From: Eledone cirrhosa
Lineage: Eukaryota
NCBI GenBank assembly: GCA_964016885.1
Contig: OZ024765.1
Location: 14,880,001 to 14,944,000, forward strand
Reading direction: 5' to 3'
DNA: 64,000 bases
A model generated the notes under the pieces. That model ran no database searches. It saw only the letters and a program-made list of their open reading frames with translations, and was not told the DNA's origin. The stretch's first letter is position 1. Every line of letters begins with the position of its first letter. Shown here piece by piece: positions 17,420 through 32,926 of this stretch. Made by a program: the position numbers and the translations under genes.

Positions 17420-18875
17420 CGTGATCACGATCGCGAAGAGAAGGGGCCGAAATGGAGTTCCTTCGAAGGGTTTTTGGAGAAACGTTATTGGATAAAGTGC
17501 CTAACTCGGCGATCATGGAGTCGCTTAAGTTGAGCTGCTCTTCTCCTAATTGAGAGATCACAGCTCTGATCCTATGGACATGGGGTTAGAATGTCTCAGG
17601 AAAGAATCACTGGACAGATTTGTAGTTCAGAGATCAGAGAGTCACTCCAGGTAGAGCTACTACTTCTCTGAATTGAGAGATCACAGCTCTGATACTATGG
17701 ACATATGGTTAGAATGTCTCAGGAAAGAATCACTGGACAAATTTGTAGCTCAGAGATCAGAGAGTCACTCCAGGTAGAGCTACTACTTCTCTGAATTGAG
17801 AGATCACAGCTCTGATACTATGGACATGTGGTTAGAATGTCTCAGGAAAGAATCACTGGACAAATTTGTAGCTCAGAGATCAGAGAGTCACTCCAGGTAG
17901 AGCTACTACTTCTCTGAATTGAGAGATCACAGCTCTGATACTATGGACATATGGTTAGAATGTCTCAGGAAAGAATCACTGGACAAATTTGTAGCTCAGA
18001 GATCAGAGAGTCACTCCAGGTAGAGCTACTACTTCTCTGAATTGAGAGATCACAGCTCTGATACTATGGACATGTGGTTAGAATGTCTCAGGAAAGAATC
18101 ACTGGACAGATTTGTAGTTCGGAGATCAGAGAGTCACTCCAGGTAGAGCTGCTACTTCTCTGAATTGAGAGATCACAGCTCTGATCCTATGGACATTTGG
18201 TTAGAATGTCTCAGGAAAGAATCACTGGACAGATTTGTAGTTCAGAGATCAGAGAGTCACTCCAGGTAGAGCTACTACTTCTCTGAATTGAGAGATCACA
18301 GCTCTGATACTATGGACATGTGGTTAGAATGTCTCAGGAAAGAATCACTGGACAGATTTGTAGTTCGGAGATCGGAGAGTCACTCCAGGTAGAGCTGCTA
18401 CTTCTCCGAATTGAGAGATCACAGCTCTGATACTATGGACATGTGGTTAGAATGTCTCAGGAAAGAATCACTGGACAGATTTGTAGTTCGGAGATCAGAG
18501 AGTCACTCCAGGTCAAGCTGCTACTTCTCTGAATTGAGAGATCACAGCTCTGATAATATGAACATGTTTTTAGAATGTCTCAGGAAAGAATCACTGGACA
18601 GTTTTAAAAAAAAACAACAACCGGCAATACATCCAAGGGTAGACCACGAACAAGATGGTTGGATAACATCCATGAGCTGGGTTGGTTTGGTTTCTCTTGG
18701 GAATCCAGCAGGATCAATTGGAGACAGCTGCTTATAGCAGGACCCGATGGAAGGAGTGTTTGATGAGAAGAATGCAAAGAAGAAGAATAATGCAAAGAAG
18801 AAGAAGAAGAAGAAGAAGAAGAAGAAGAAGAAGAAGAAGAAAACCACGACGACGAAGAAGTCAAAGAAGAAAAAA
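17420..18875 (+). mobile_element. RTE-like LINE 3' fragment with an internal 123-bp tandem array (~8.7 copies) and a (GAA)n tail
   Basis: AEMEFLRRVFGETLLDKV...; the unit translates as IRESLQVELLLL*IERSQL*YYGHVVRMSQERI, followed by GRPRTRWLDNI and (GAA)n. Confidence 0.85.
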
Positions 18876-19414
18876 AAGAAATTATCCGAGACGACGGAGC
18901 AACACAACCTATTATGGCGAACGACACAGTAGATTACTTTTTTCTATAAGTAGTAATAGAATTTAGAATGGATTATAATCATTTTTTTTCCTTGTTTTTT
19001 TCTTTCCTTTTGCTTAGGTTCCATTGAAAGGCCAAAGCCAAGTAAAGCTATCAAACTATCACCAGAATCAGCAAGATACCATTCTTTTAATCGATGTTAC
19101 GGCTATAAGAATAATTTTAGATCGTCTCCGTTCCATACAACGGCTAAACTGTCAGTAGGGAAATGAAGATAGTCATCCTGCGCAAATTTCATAGAATTTT
19201 GATGTCTTCCTTGTCAGTTAAATCTTTATCAACCTGTGAAACTCTTATAGAGATCTCGCATATTCCCATTCGACAAAGAATAAAAGGTAAAATACACAAA
19301 ACAGACGTAAAAATGAAGAATTTCTCAACGAAATACAATATTATCGATTTGGTGTATAAACATTTGAAATATATCGAAGTAGGTTTTAGCTTGGGATTGT
19401 AAATCTATCAAATA

Positions 19415-19444
19415 GTTGTAGCAGTGGTAGTAGTAGTAGTAGTT

Positions 19445-19476
<32 letters not shown>

Positions 19477-19532
19477 TTTAGTAGTAGTAGTAGTAATAGT
19501 AGTAGTAGTAGTATTTATAGTAGTGTTAGTAC

Positions 19533-19567
<35 letters not shown>

Positions 19568-19650
19568 CTAGTAGTTTTAGTAATAGAAGTAGCAGTAGTA
19601 GTAACAGCAACAATAGTAGTAGCAGAAGTATTAGTAGCAGAAGCAGCAGC

Positions 19651-19729
<79 letters not shown>

Positions 19730-19730
19730 T
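19415..19730. repeat. (TAG)n microsatellite
   Basis: Direct inspection. Confidence 0.95.
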
Positions 19731-20107
19731 TGTTACTTTCATATTTGCATTGAATTTTTTAAAAATATTTTCCCTATTCCATTTTTATTTATCGTGTTTA
19801 TTTTTCCTATTTTAACCACTCGCTTAAAATATCATTTACGGCGCCATATTGTTATTTCTTACGTCAAGTATTGATTGTAATGGAGAACAATTTATTTCTG
19901 TGAAATATCTAACTATTGTCTGTAGAAAATTACAAAACAGGAAGACATAACGGCAACGCGAGGAGACGTTCTCTAGAGATGAGCGAAATGTATGCAAGGA
20001 GAATTATGTCATAGACTACTAGACAAAGGAAGAAAGAATGGGGGAAGTGAAGAGGGTGACAGACGCTACACCTACGTCAGAGCGGTAAGGTCAGCTATCG
20101 GTCCGAT

Positions 20108-20595
20108 TCTACTTTTGGCACAAGGCTAGCAATAACCCCAGTGCATTACTGGTGCTTTATTTTATCGACCCCATATGGATGAAAGGCAAAGTTAATCTTA
20201 GCAAGATTTGAACTCAGATCGTAAAGGGCCGTAATACTATGCTACAAAGCATGGCATCCGACCCTCTAGCGATACTGCCAAAATTATAGGAGGGGAAAGT
20301 TACTTAAATAGACACTAGTGCATTACTGGTACTTTATTTTATCGACCCCGTAAGGATGAAAGGCAAAGTTAACCTCGACGGGATTTGAACTCAGACCGTA
20401 AAGGGACGTAACTGTGCTGGAAAGCATGGCGTCCAACTCTCTACCGATACTGCCAATTCAAAAAGCAAAGTTAATAATTGTTTCTACTATTGGCACAAGG
20501 CCAGCAATTACCCAGTACATTACTGGTACTTTATTTTAACGACCCCGTAAGTATGGAAGGCAAAGTTAACCTCGGCGGGATTTGAACTCAGAATG
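20108..20595 (-). mobile_element. Three tandem or partial tRNA-derived SINE copies
   Basis: GGATGAAAGGCAAAGTTAACCTCGRCGGGATTTGAACTCAG-like cores at ~20177, 20353 and ~20552. Confidence 0.8.
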
Positions 20596-20895
20596 GCAAG
20601 GTTAATAATATGAACAAATAATGATCGAATAAATAAGTTGAGAGTTCGATAAGATTGAATGACAAAAAGAAACAAATAACAGAAAAGGTGGTGTTCCAGA
20701 ATGGCCACAGTCTTATTCTTGGAACCAGAAAAAGCATAAAAGAATATGGAGGCGAGATGGTTGGAACTGAACAATGATGTCCAATATTACGAGAATTATA
20801 ATATCGATTATGTGTCAAGGAATGTATTTACTCAAAATTTTCTCTAGCACTCCCCCTCTCTCACTGTCTGTCTATCTTATATATCTATCTATATG

Positions 20896-21008
<113 letters not shown>

Positions 21009-21328
21009 CTACTTCTCCATCACACACACTCTCTCTCCCAGTCTCTCTCCATCTCCCTCTCTCTCTCTACCTGTCTCTCCCTCTCCTCCTCTATGTCTCT
21101 ATCACACTACCTCCCTCTCTCTCGCTACCTGTCTGGCTCTCTCCCACACGCTCTCCCTCTATCCCTCTCTGTCTCCCTCCCTCTCCCCTCTACCTTCTCT
21201 GTCTCTCTCCCAAACGCTCTCCCTCTCCTTCTACGTCTCTCTCAGTCCCTCTCTCCCAGTTCCTCTCTCCCAGTCCCTCTCTCTCTACTTGTCTCAGTCT
21301 CTCTTTATCCCCCACTACCTCTCCATTT

Positions 21329-21381
<53 letters not shown>

Positions 21382-21709
21382 TCTCTCTCTCCCCCTCTCT
21401 TTCTCTCAACCTAACCACAGATCTCTAGAGAAATAAGACACATTTTCAAATGTGAAAATCTGAAAGAGAAGTGAATCAGCTCAGACTCTTTGATGACTTT
21501 GGTCACAAAAACCAGTTCCCACCCCTTTCAGGATGTCACTCTCCTGTCTAGGAGACACATTATGTAAAACTGTTGCACAATACCTAGGATTAATACCAAT
21601 TCATTTAAACAACTATATAGAGAGAACCATTGAAATGTCTTGGCCAAATTACAAATTGTGTATCTATCTACCTATCTATCTATCTATCTATCTATATATC
21701 TATATATCT

Positions 21710-21925
21710 GTCTTTTTTCGGGAGGAGGGAGGGGTGGGGGTGCGACCCCCTCCAAGGCGCCTCCTCCCTATTGAGGATTTTGTTATTCAATTTATTTTTG
21801 TTATATTTTATATTTTTATATTTTGTTATTGCCTCCTCCTTATTGACGACGCCTTTTTATGTAACCCCCCCCCCCATTGTACTTGTCCCACTCTTTGATG
21901 CCCTGGTGGCAAAAAAAAAAGAAAG
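21710..21925 (+). mobile_element. 3' UTR fragment of the Tx1/L1-like LINE also present at 50.8-51.8 kb
   Basis: CCTCCTCCCTATTGAGGA...TTGTACTTGTCCCACTCTTTGATGCCCTGGTGGC plus an A-rich end; preceded by (TATC)n. Confidence 0.7.
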
Positions 21926-21947
21926 TTGTCTCTTCTTTTTCTCTCTC

Positions 21948-22027
<80 letters not shown>

Positions 22028-22064
22028 ATATATAAGATCAAAAGATGGTTAAAAGAGTTCCATG

Positions 22065-22135
22065 TATTTTATTATGCGCATTTCAAAAACAAATATCATC
22101 ATGCAATAACATTTGCGTTTTCGTCAGATACTATA
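22065..22135 (-). ncRNA. Type I hammerhead ribozyme (family E, left arm)
   Basis: Reverse complement reads CTGACGA-aaacgcaaatgttatt..-GAAA-tgcgca-TA-ataaaata; helix I is partly mismatched. Confidence 0.75.
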
Positions 22136-22232
22136 GGGAGACATGATATGAAGGTTAAAACACACTTGTGAATAGTGCAGTTTTAAATCAACATATCCAC
22201 AAGTGTGTTTTAACCTTCATATCATGTCTCCC

Positions 22233-22304
22233 TATTTTATCTGACGAAAACGCAAATGTTATTGCCATGATGATATTTGGTTTTGAAATGCGCATAATAA
22301 AATA
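22233..22304 (+). ncRNA. Type I hammerhead ribozyme (family E, right arm)
   Basis: tattttat-CTGACGA-aaacgcaaatgttattgccatgatgatatttggtttt-GAAA-tgcgca-TA-ataaaata; 8-bp helix I, palindromic helix III ATGCGCAT. Confidence 0.88.
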
Positions 22305-22430
22305 CATGGAACTCTTTTAACCATCCTCTGATCTTATATATTATTTATACTCCAGTCCTACAAACTGTAGAATGTTACTTATCCGATATCTGCATTGCTT
22401 TATTGTACTACAATAAAACTCACCTACTAC

Positions 22431-22628
<198 letters not shown>

Positions 22629-22689
22629 GGTGTGTGGGTGTTTTAGTGTTAGGTAATTCCAAAGAAAAAGCAAAGGAAAGAGATATTTA

Positions 22690-22835
22690 ATTAGTAAGTA
22701 AACAACACAGTATATAACTACTCCATTACCAAAGGTTTTAATATACGTCTGAATCGATCTAGAGGTATGTTACTATTGTCTAGCATCCTGAAACCTTTGG
22801 TAATGGTGTAGTTATATATTGTGTTGTTCACTTTC

Positions 22836-22840
<5 letters not shown>
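22690..22840. mobile_element. Family C fold-back remnant (GAAA-half only)
   Basis: AACAACACAGTATATAACTACTCCATTACCAAAGGTTT ... GAAACCTTTGGTAATGGTGTAGTTATATATTGTGTTGTT form inverted arms. Confidence 0.7.
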
Positions 22841-22872
<32 letters not shown>

Positions 22873-22971
22873 TAGACATAAAACATGTTTATATAGATAC
22901 ATCCATATATATACTATACATAAAACATATGTATATAGATACATTCATATATATATATATATATATATATA

Positions 22972-23162
22972 TAGGAACGAGTAGGACCCCGACGGCTGAG
23001 CTCAAGCCGTTTCGACGGCTAATTCGTCCAGAATTAGCCGTCGAAACGGCTTGAGCTCAGCCGTCGGGGTCCTACTCGTTCCTATTACCCATTCTACTAC
23101 CCTAAGTATTGAGTACTTTGGTGCGTTATGGTCCATCTGGTTCCTTACCACATTTCCTTCGT

Positions 23163-23163
<1 letters not shown>
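22972..23163. mobile_element. Family D fold-back element
   Basis: Same sequence as 14436-14641 in the opposite orientation; centre AATTCGTCCAGAATT. Confidence 0.9.
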
Positions 23164-23210
<47 letters not shown>

Positions 23211-23982
23211 CTATGTATAAAACATACGTATACATATATATATATATATATATGTAAAAATGATGATAATAATGGAGCTGCGGCGTTGCAAATGGGATAC
23301 ATATAAAAAAGTGAGTCCTTCATCAGTGACCCTCCAACCGTCCTCGGCATTTCATCGCTTTAAGGGCCATATGCCTCAGGTTGGTGCGAACAACGGCTAA
23401 AAAAAGTCGTTGATACATATATATATATATAATACGTACGTAGAAAGTGCTAGCGAACTTGAAAATGAGGTAGTAACATCTGCTTACGCCGTATTTGACT
23501 AAATACCATTAGTCTGCCATTTGGTATTTAAAAAAACCCCTCTGAATGGAAAAAAGGCTGAGTATTGAGGTACATGAGACACAAACCCACTTCTTTGGTT
23601 TACTAGCCCGAATGTGTTACAATTACACCAACTTGCCACCTATTCTTCCGCCTATTCAACTAAGTAGGAAGAAATTTACATAGAAAATTTAACAAAAGAA
23701 TGACAACAATGAAAATTCCCTTACAGGGCGGAGAAGCAATCAGGGGTGACTTAGGGATCCTAAAAACACCTCAAAGCTCCAACTGAACATTAGTAGGGCA
23801 ACGCTTTCCTCTGTAAATCGACCAGCTGACTGGCGCATTATCGATTCTAATTTCAATTGTAGTAACTCTAACAATATCTGTAAATGTAGTTAGTACGAGA
23901 TCACATAAATGACGAAGGTAATGCAAGAAAATAACACGAGATTTCGGATAACATTTCCTTTGATACACATAATCAGATTGAG

Positions 23983-24047
<65 letters not shown>

Positions 24048-24066
24048 ACGTATCACATACACACAC

Positions 24067-24106
<40 letters not shown>

Positions 24107-24177
24107 CTGCATACATATATTTATATATATATATATACACCTGCATGCATATATATATATATATATACCCATACATA

Positions 24178-24225
<48 letters not shown>

Positions 24226-24235
24226 TGCATACATA

Positions 24236-24287
<52 letters not shown>

Positions 24288-24321
24288 CATCTACGTACAT
24301 ATGCATATGTATAAATATATA

Positions 24322-24365
<44 letters not shown>

Positions 24366-24687
24366 TGTGTGCTTACGCGTGCGTGTCTATCAGTGTGTGT
24401 GTGTCTGTGAGTGTGTGTGCGTGTGTCTGTCTGTGTATGTGAGTGTTGTATAATATGTGCAGAAATATTTTCTTTTAAAGAAAATGGCGAAGTGGTTTCA
24501 ATGGAAACCAAGATGGAAGATTTAGCTACGTGCAGCAGAGCTGACATCATTTTTTTGTCGAAACGAAAGCATTTTTACAGGAGAACATCTTGTTCATTAG
24601 AACAAGATCGAAAAGAAAAGACATATAGAACATAATAAAGATAATGATAATAATAATAATATAATAGTAATAATAATAATAGTAGTA

Positions 24688-24774
<87 letters not shown>

Positions 24775-24903
24775 ATAAAATAAGCATTGGTTATTGTTAA
24801 AGAATACGGCATTTCTGTCAGAAACTAAATGTAAAGTCGAACACGAAACAAGATAATGAATAAATATAAATATATACACACACACTATATATATATATAT
24901 ATC

Positions 24904-24969
<66 letters not shown>

Positions 24970-25100
24970 CATAAATATAGATAAATATATATATACATAT
25001 ATACATATATATATATATATACATATATGCATATACACATATATATATACATATATATACATATATATGCATATATATATATATATATATTTATATACAT

Positions 25101-25131
<31 letters not shown>

Positions 25132-25269
25132 GTATATATATTATATGGATAAATATATATAACATCAATATATATATATATGTATACATATACACATACA
25201 AATATATATGTGTATTTATTATATATACAAATGTGTATAACATATATACACACATATATATATATAGCG

Positions 25270-25304
<35 letters not shown>

Positions 25305-25526
25305 GCATACAGATATACGCACAAACACACACTCTCTCTCTCACACACACACACACATATATGTATATATATATATATATATATGTATACAACAGACACT
25401 TTAAGACAGACATAATACTGTACAACATATAGAAAGGCGACAGCCGAAAGACCTCCATGATAAAAAAATGACCAGTTAAGTATAAAATAAATATAAATGT
25501 AAAATAACAATAACAAAGAAATATGC

Positions 25527-25564
<38 letters not shown>

Positions 25565-25628
25565 GCCTGTATATATATATATATATATATGTGTATATAT
25601 TCACACACATACATATGTGTATCTATAC

Positions 25629-25659
<31 letters not shown>

Positions 25660-25913
25660 CACGCACACTCACATGCATATATATATATATATATATATGT
25701 AGATAAATCTACCAAGAGTTTACGGTAGTGTCCAATCCGTATGAAGAACTCAATGTAATCCGGATATCATGGAAAGAAGAGATGCAATGAAATATCACTT
25801 TCGGTGAAAGATAAACGGAATACAGAGTCAAGATAAAATATTAAAAAAATAATGAATAAAACAATGAAACAGTTCCTTATATTAAACGAAAAAAGTTCAT
25901 TATTTAACGATAA

Positions 25914-26057
25914 TATTTCTGAAGACGGCATATATATGTGTTGGTATGTATATTTAATTTTGATAGTTTGTATAATTTTGTATAATTTTGTACATATATC
26001 TGTTGAATATGCATGCCAATTCTAACACATATATATCCTAGAAACGATCGTTAAATA
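25914..26057 (+). ncRNA. Type I hammerhead with long helix II (family F)
   Basis: tattt-CTGAAGA-..atatatatgtgtt...aacacatatatat..-GAAA-cgatcg-TT-aaata; lies in element 25699-26122, which has inverted repeats 25835-25911 / 26046-26122. Confidence 0.72.
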
Positions 26058-26116
26058 ATGAACTTTTTTCGTTTAATATAAGGAACTGTTTCATTGTTTT
26101 ATTCATTATTTTTTTA

Positions 26117-26164
<48 letters not shown>

Positions 26165-26382
26165 TGTATATATATATATGTATATATTCACACACATACA
26201 TATGTGTATCTATACATACATACATATATATATATATACACGCACACTCACATGCATATATACATATATATAAATATATATATATACATATGCCTGTATA
26301 TATATATATGTATATACTCACACACATACATATGTGTATCTATACATACATACATACATATATATATATATACACGTACACT

Positions 26383-26474
<92 letters not shown>

Positions 26475-26754
26475 CATATATATATATATATGTAAATATA
26501 TATACATATATACATCACATAATATCAAGAGGTTCTCTGTAAACGCTCACTACTACATGGAACCGATAGCTTTGCAGATAAAACCAGCTGTCTGCCCGCC
26601 TCAGAAAATCCCTTATATGGGCATACATACTGGCCGTCATAACTCATACATGTATACATAGCCTGATAGAAATATTGAAACATAGGCCTGGACAGTACTA
26701 AACATAAATATATCCATTTATGCATGTATATACATATATATATATATATATATA

Positions 26755-26802
<48 letters not shown>

Positions 26803-26838
26803 TATATATATATATATATTCATATATATATATATATA

Positions 26839-26906
<68 letters not shown>

Positions 26907-26987
26907 TATATATATATATATTCATATATATATATATATATATTCATATATATATATATATATTCATATATATATATATATATATTC

Positions 26988-27401
<414 letters not shown>

Positions 27402-27936
27402 ACCCATATATATAAATATATATACATATATATATATACTATACATTACATAATATTCAACACAAAAGGAACATTCTACGCATTAGGAGAAAATACAGTA
27501 CATCGCGATAGTTCGAAATCGGTCGTTATTTTCCTGGACAAACATAAAAATCCGAAGAGTTTTATTACATTCAAATACTTTGGCTTCCATCTTGCTCAAT
27601 AGAATCAAACTAAAAATGGAGCGAAAGCAAAAAAGAAAATGTCTGAATTATTTATTCTAAGTTTAGCTGACATTTTTGTGATTAGATAGAGACTAAACAC
27701 ATTTATTTTCTGTATTATTTTTACAGTATTATCATTTCTCTTATTTTATTTCGCTTTTTATTTTATTATTATATTTTTATTCCATTTGATTCTTGCGATT
27801 TGTTGTCGACTAATTTTCTTTTTCTTCCTATTATAAGGTTAGAATGTCGGCCAGACCTTTATATATGTATATATATTTATGTATATACACACATATATAC
27901 ATTCTTATATATATATAAATCCTATTTCTCTCTCTC

Positions 27937-28007
<71 letters not shown>

Positions 28008-29173
28008 ATATATATATAAATATGCATATATGTGCATATATATAAATATGTATATATGTGTGTGTATATAGATATGTATTTATGTATACATATATATGTA
28101 TTTATGTATGTATATATATTTATATATATATATATATATGTGTGTGTGTATATATGCATATACATATAAATATGTATATATGTATATATATATATATTCA
28201 TGTATACATATATATATATATATATATTTATATATGCACCTATATCTACCCACATACATGTATGTATGCACGCATACACATATATCTATACTATAAATCT
28301 ATTTACCTCTCTATCTCCCCCCTCTCTCTCATACACACAAATACACAGACACACATATATATATAGATATATATATACATACATACATATATACATACAT
28401 ACTTATATAAATCGGAATGATAAACGCGCTTTCAGATTGTAACAAAATGGAGGACGAAAAGTCATCTTCGAAATCAACTTTCCTTTCGTTTCTGTTTATT
28501 ACATCAGTCTTTACTGAACTGAACTTATCGCAAACTACATGAATGGTTTGCGAGATAGTGGTTAATAGTAAGGACACAAAGCTAGGATTAGATTTGCCTT
28601 CGTTTCGTCTCAATTTATTAAGTTTTTTTTCTTTTAATAGATTATATATTTTTTCTTAAGTAAAATACAAAATGAAAAAAAAAAAAAAATACTATAACTA
28701 ACTCACCACACACAGAAACACATACGAATTTATAATTGTTTTGTATTATTTTTTCTAGATTTTTAGGGGTAGATTAGATTAAGCTTAGAATTATCTGAGA
28801 ATGGCGAAATCATTTAGTGTGAATTCAGTCTGATATAAACGGAATTGTATGATTTATCTAGAGCTAATTTCGTTTTCTCCTTGGTTCGACAAAGTGACTA
28901 GCTGGCTCAATTTAATAGACGAGACGAAGAATTGATTTAATGGATCAAGATTTGAGTTAGTCCTATCTTTCGTGTGAACATGTATCTGAATTTCTGAACA
29001 AGTCGTTCAGTGGTTTAACTGTTAGCACCAACCCTGGTGTCGTTCAAATGGCAGAAAAAAGTTAACAATATATATATATATCTAAAATCTATATATTCTA
29101 TTATATTTATGTATCCATCTATCTATTTATCTAACTGTGTTTCCAATTCCAACATTATCTATCTCTTCTCGCA

Positions 29174-29324
<151 letters not shown>

Positions 29325-29350
29325 TATATATATATACACACATATATATA

Positions 29351-29381
<31 letters not shown>

Positions 29382-29417
29382 GTATACATATATACATATA
29401 TACACACATATATATAT

Positions 29418-29496
<79 letters not shown>

Positions 29497-29919
29497 TATA
29501 TTGGTAAACGGAATAGAAAATGCTGACAAATTGTTCCCAGTGAAAAATAGTTTAATTAGGAATAAGTGAGAATTAGTAATATTATTGGTTAGTATTCAGT
29601 TTTGGTTTTAAGTTTTACCGGTTGCGCATTTCTAATGCTTTTCAAAAATAATTTTGAGATAGAGCGTCCGTGATGTTTGCTCTGATCTGATTAGTTTTGG
29701 GAATTCTACCTGTTTTTATGTTAAAAAAGTGGTTCCAGCGGTATTAAAATAAGTTTTGCGCCAATTCGTGTTGCAAAAATTCTTGTGGTCAAAACAATTT
29801 TGATTGGTCGGTAGAGATCATGTGAATGTAAAAAATTGATTTATATATATATATGAAAAAATTTATTTATATATATATATATGGAAAATTGATTTATATA
29901 TATATATGAAAAATTGATT

Positions 29920-30327
<408 letters not shown>

Positions 30328-30337
30328 CATATATACG

Positions 30338-30369
<32 letters not shown>

Positions 30370-30397
30370 TTTATATATATATACATATATTTATATT

Positions 30398-30429
<32 letters not shown>

Positions 30430-30669
30430 CATATAATATATATATATATATATAAACATATATAAACATATATAAATATACGAAACGGCTTGAGCTCAGC
30501 CGTCGGAGTCTTACTTGTTCCTATTACCCACTCTACTACCCTAAGTATTGAGTACTTTTGTGCGTTATGGTCCACCTGGTTCCTTACCACATTTCCTTCG
30601 TTATACATATATATATATATATATATAAACATATATAGATATACTTATATATATATATATGTATATATG

Positions 30670-30701
<32 letters not shown>

Positions 30702-30744
30702 TATATATATACATATATATATACATCTATATATATATATATAC

Positions 30745-30791
<47 letters not shown>

Positions 30792-30792
30792 C

Positions 30793-30823
<31 letters not shown>

Positions 30824-30827
30824 AACA

Positions 30828-30951
<124 letters not shown>

Positions 30952-30989
30952 ATTAAATAAATGGAAAACTATATTTATAAAACCATATT

Positions 30990-31055
30990 TATTTCATTAT
31001 ATATATTTCGGGGATATCATATTAACAATATGCTATGCCTTCATCAGACAAAATA
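30990..31055 (-). ncRNA. Type I hammerhead ribozyme (family G, left arm)
   Basis: Mirror of 31250-31315. Confidence 0.78.
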
Positions 31056-31249
31056 CAATATAAACAGTTTTATAGATAAATATATTCGACATACCGTAAT
31101 AAACATCGACTTCATTTGAAGAGGTTTACACTAGCAGTGAAAATACAGAGAAAATACTGTATTTTCACTGCTAGTGTAAACCTCTTCAAATGAAGTCGAT
31201 GTTTATTACGTTATGTCGAATATATTTATCTATAAAACTGTTTATATTG

Positions 31250-31315
31250 TATTTTGTCTGATGAAGGCATAGCATATTGTTAATATGATATCCCCGAAAT
31301 ATATATAATGAAATA
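31250..31315 (+). ncRNA. Type I hammerhead ribozyme (family G, right arm)
   Basis: tattttgt-CTGATGA-aggcatagcatattgttaatatgatatcccc-GAAA-tatata-TA-atgaaata; helix I is 8 bp with G-U pairs, helix III ATATATAT. Confidence 0.8.
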
Positions 31316-31625
31316 AATATGGTTTTATAAATATAGTTTTCCATTTATTTAATATTGTAAATATACTCCAAATATTTGTCGAGTGCTTTTATATCAGTTA
31401 TAAATATTTACTAGTTGTAACCCAACAATTTTAAATATAACTTTACATATATATATATATATACATTTATACATATACTTATACATATATATATACATAT
31501 ATACATATACATACATATATATATACATATTTATATATATATATATACATATATATATGTATATATATATATATATATACATATATATATTATATATATA
31601 CATATATATATTATATACATATATA

Positions 31626-31663
<38 letters not shown>

Positions 31664-31842
31664 TAGAGGGAGAGTGAGAGAGAGAGATAGCCAGAGGTCG
31701 AAGGCGCACAGAATATATATATGTGTAATTGTGAGTATAAAATGTTTTGCTAGAGAAAACAGAATGATTTAAATAACCACCACCACCGCCACCGCGACCA
31801 GCACCACCACCACCACCATCAACAACAACAACAACAGCAGCC

Positions 31843-31882
<40 letters not shown>

Positions 31883-32183
31883 CAATGGACGGACAGTGAA
31901 TTGTGAATGAAACGAAAGAATAATAAATAAAAAAAACCCCAGAATACAATATAAATAAAGCAAGAAGTGAAAATAAATGGAAACTGTACACGAAACAAAG
32001 AAATAAAAATGGCGACCATATAATGTTGTGTTTGCTTTGTAGAATTGCAACATGGCTGCTTCAATATATATATAAACAAAGCGGTATGATTTTGTGGATT
32101 AAAGGGCTTCGTCTACAAACACAAACCTCTCTTTAGCCACACATATTATATTATATGATATTTCAGGGGTTCAAAAATTCATG

Positions 32184-32219
32184 CCACAAGGGGGCGCGCA
32201 CAACGTCTCTGTGACGTCA
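32184..32219 (+). promoter_or_regulatory. Candidate CTCF site plus a full CRE palindrome
   Basis: CCACAAGGGGGCGC (32184-32197) is one mismatch from the CTCF core CCACCAGGGGGCGC; TGACGTCA at 32212-32219. Confidence 0.45.
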
Positions 32220-32499
32220 TCGATTGTTTGTCTTTGTTTGACGAGTTCCGATTTGTTAAATATTTTTTATACTTTTTTTTAATTTCTTTCTTTCTTTTTT
32301 TTTTGGCCTTTGATTTAATTTTATCCAATTTGATTGCATTTTATTTGATTGCCTTCGTTGTGGATGGTCCACGTGCTTTTGATTTGTATTTTTTATGGTT
32401 ATTTTATATATATATAACAGGTTTAAACCGGTTTCTTATGGCTGGCGTAGCGGCATTTGCTGTTTAATTTTGTATAATTTTATTATTAATACTTGTATT

Positions 32500-32895
32500 T
32501 TTTTCGTTGTTGTTGGCATGGTTATTATTATTGTTGTTGTTGTTATTGTTATTATTGTTGCAGTTGTTATTGTTGTTTGTGTTGTTATTGTCGTTGTTGT
32601 TATTGCTGCTGGTGGTGGTGTTATTGTTGTTGTTATTACTGCTGCTATTACTGTTATTGCTGTTGCTGCTATTATTGCTGTTGTTGTTGTTACTGCTACT
32701 GGTGTTGCTGCTATTGTTGTTGTTGTTGGTGTTATTGCTACTGGTGTTGCTGCTATGTTTGTTGTTGTTGTTGCTATGTTTGTTGTTGTTGTTATTGCTA
32801 CTGGTGCTGCTGTTATTGTTATTATTGTTATTATTGTTGTTGTTGTTATTGCTGTTGCATTTGTTATTGCTACTGTTATTGCTGATGGCACTGCT

Positions 32896-32926
<31 letters not shown>

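Larger units (their letters stand above)
22025..22430. mobile_element. Family E palindromic element (arms 22025-22343) in (TA)n with two hammerheads
   Basis: ~145 bp inverted arms plus a 3' extension; other copies at 37725-37995 and 43972-44118. Confidence 0.9.

Noticed and set aside
17533-18601. Regular repeat array as possible CRISPR
   Set aside because: Contiguous 123-bp units with no unique spacers; eukaryotic LINE-derived.
23260-23412. CTGATGA on the minus strand (23320-23326), with related repeats at 6730-6830 and 7175-7285
   Set aside because: No downstream GAAA/UH with pairing helices found; a dispersed repeat but not callable as a hammerhead.
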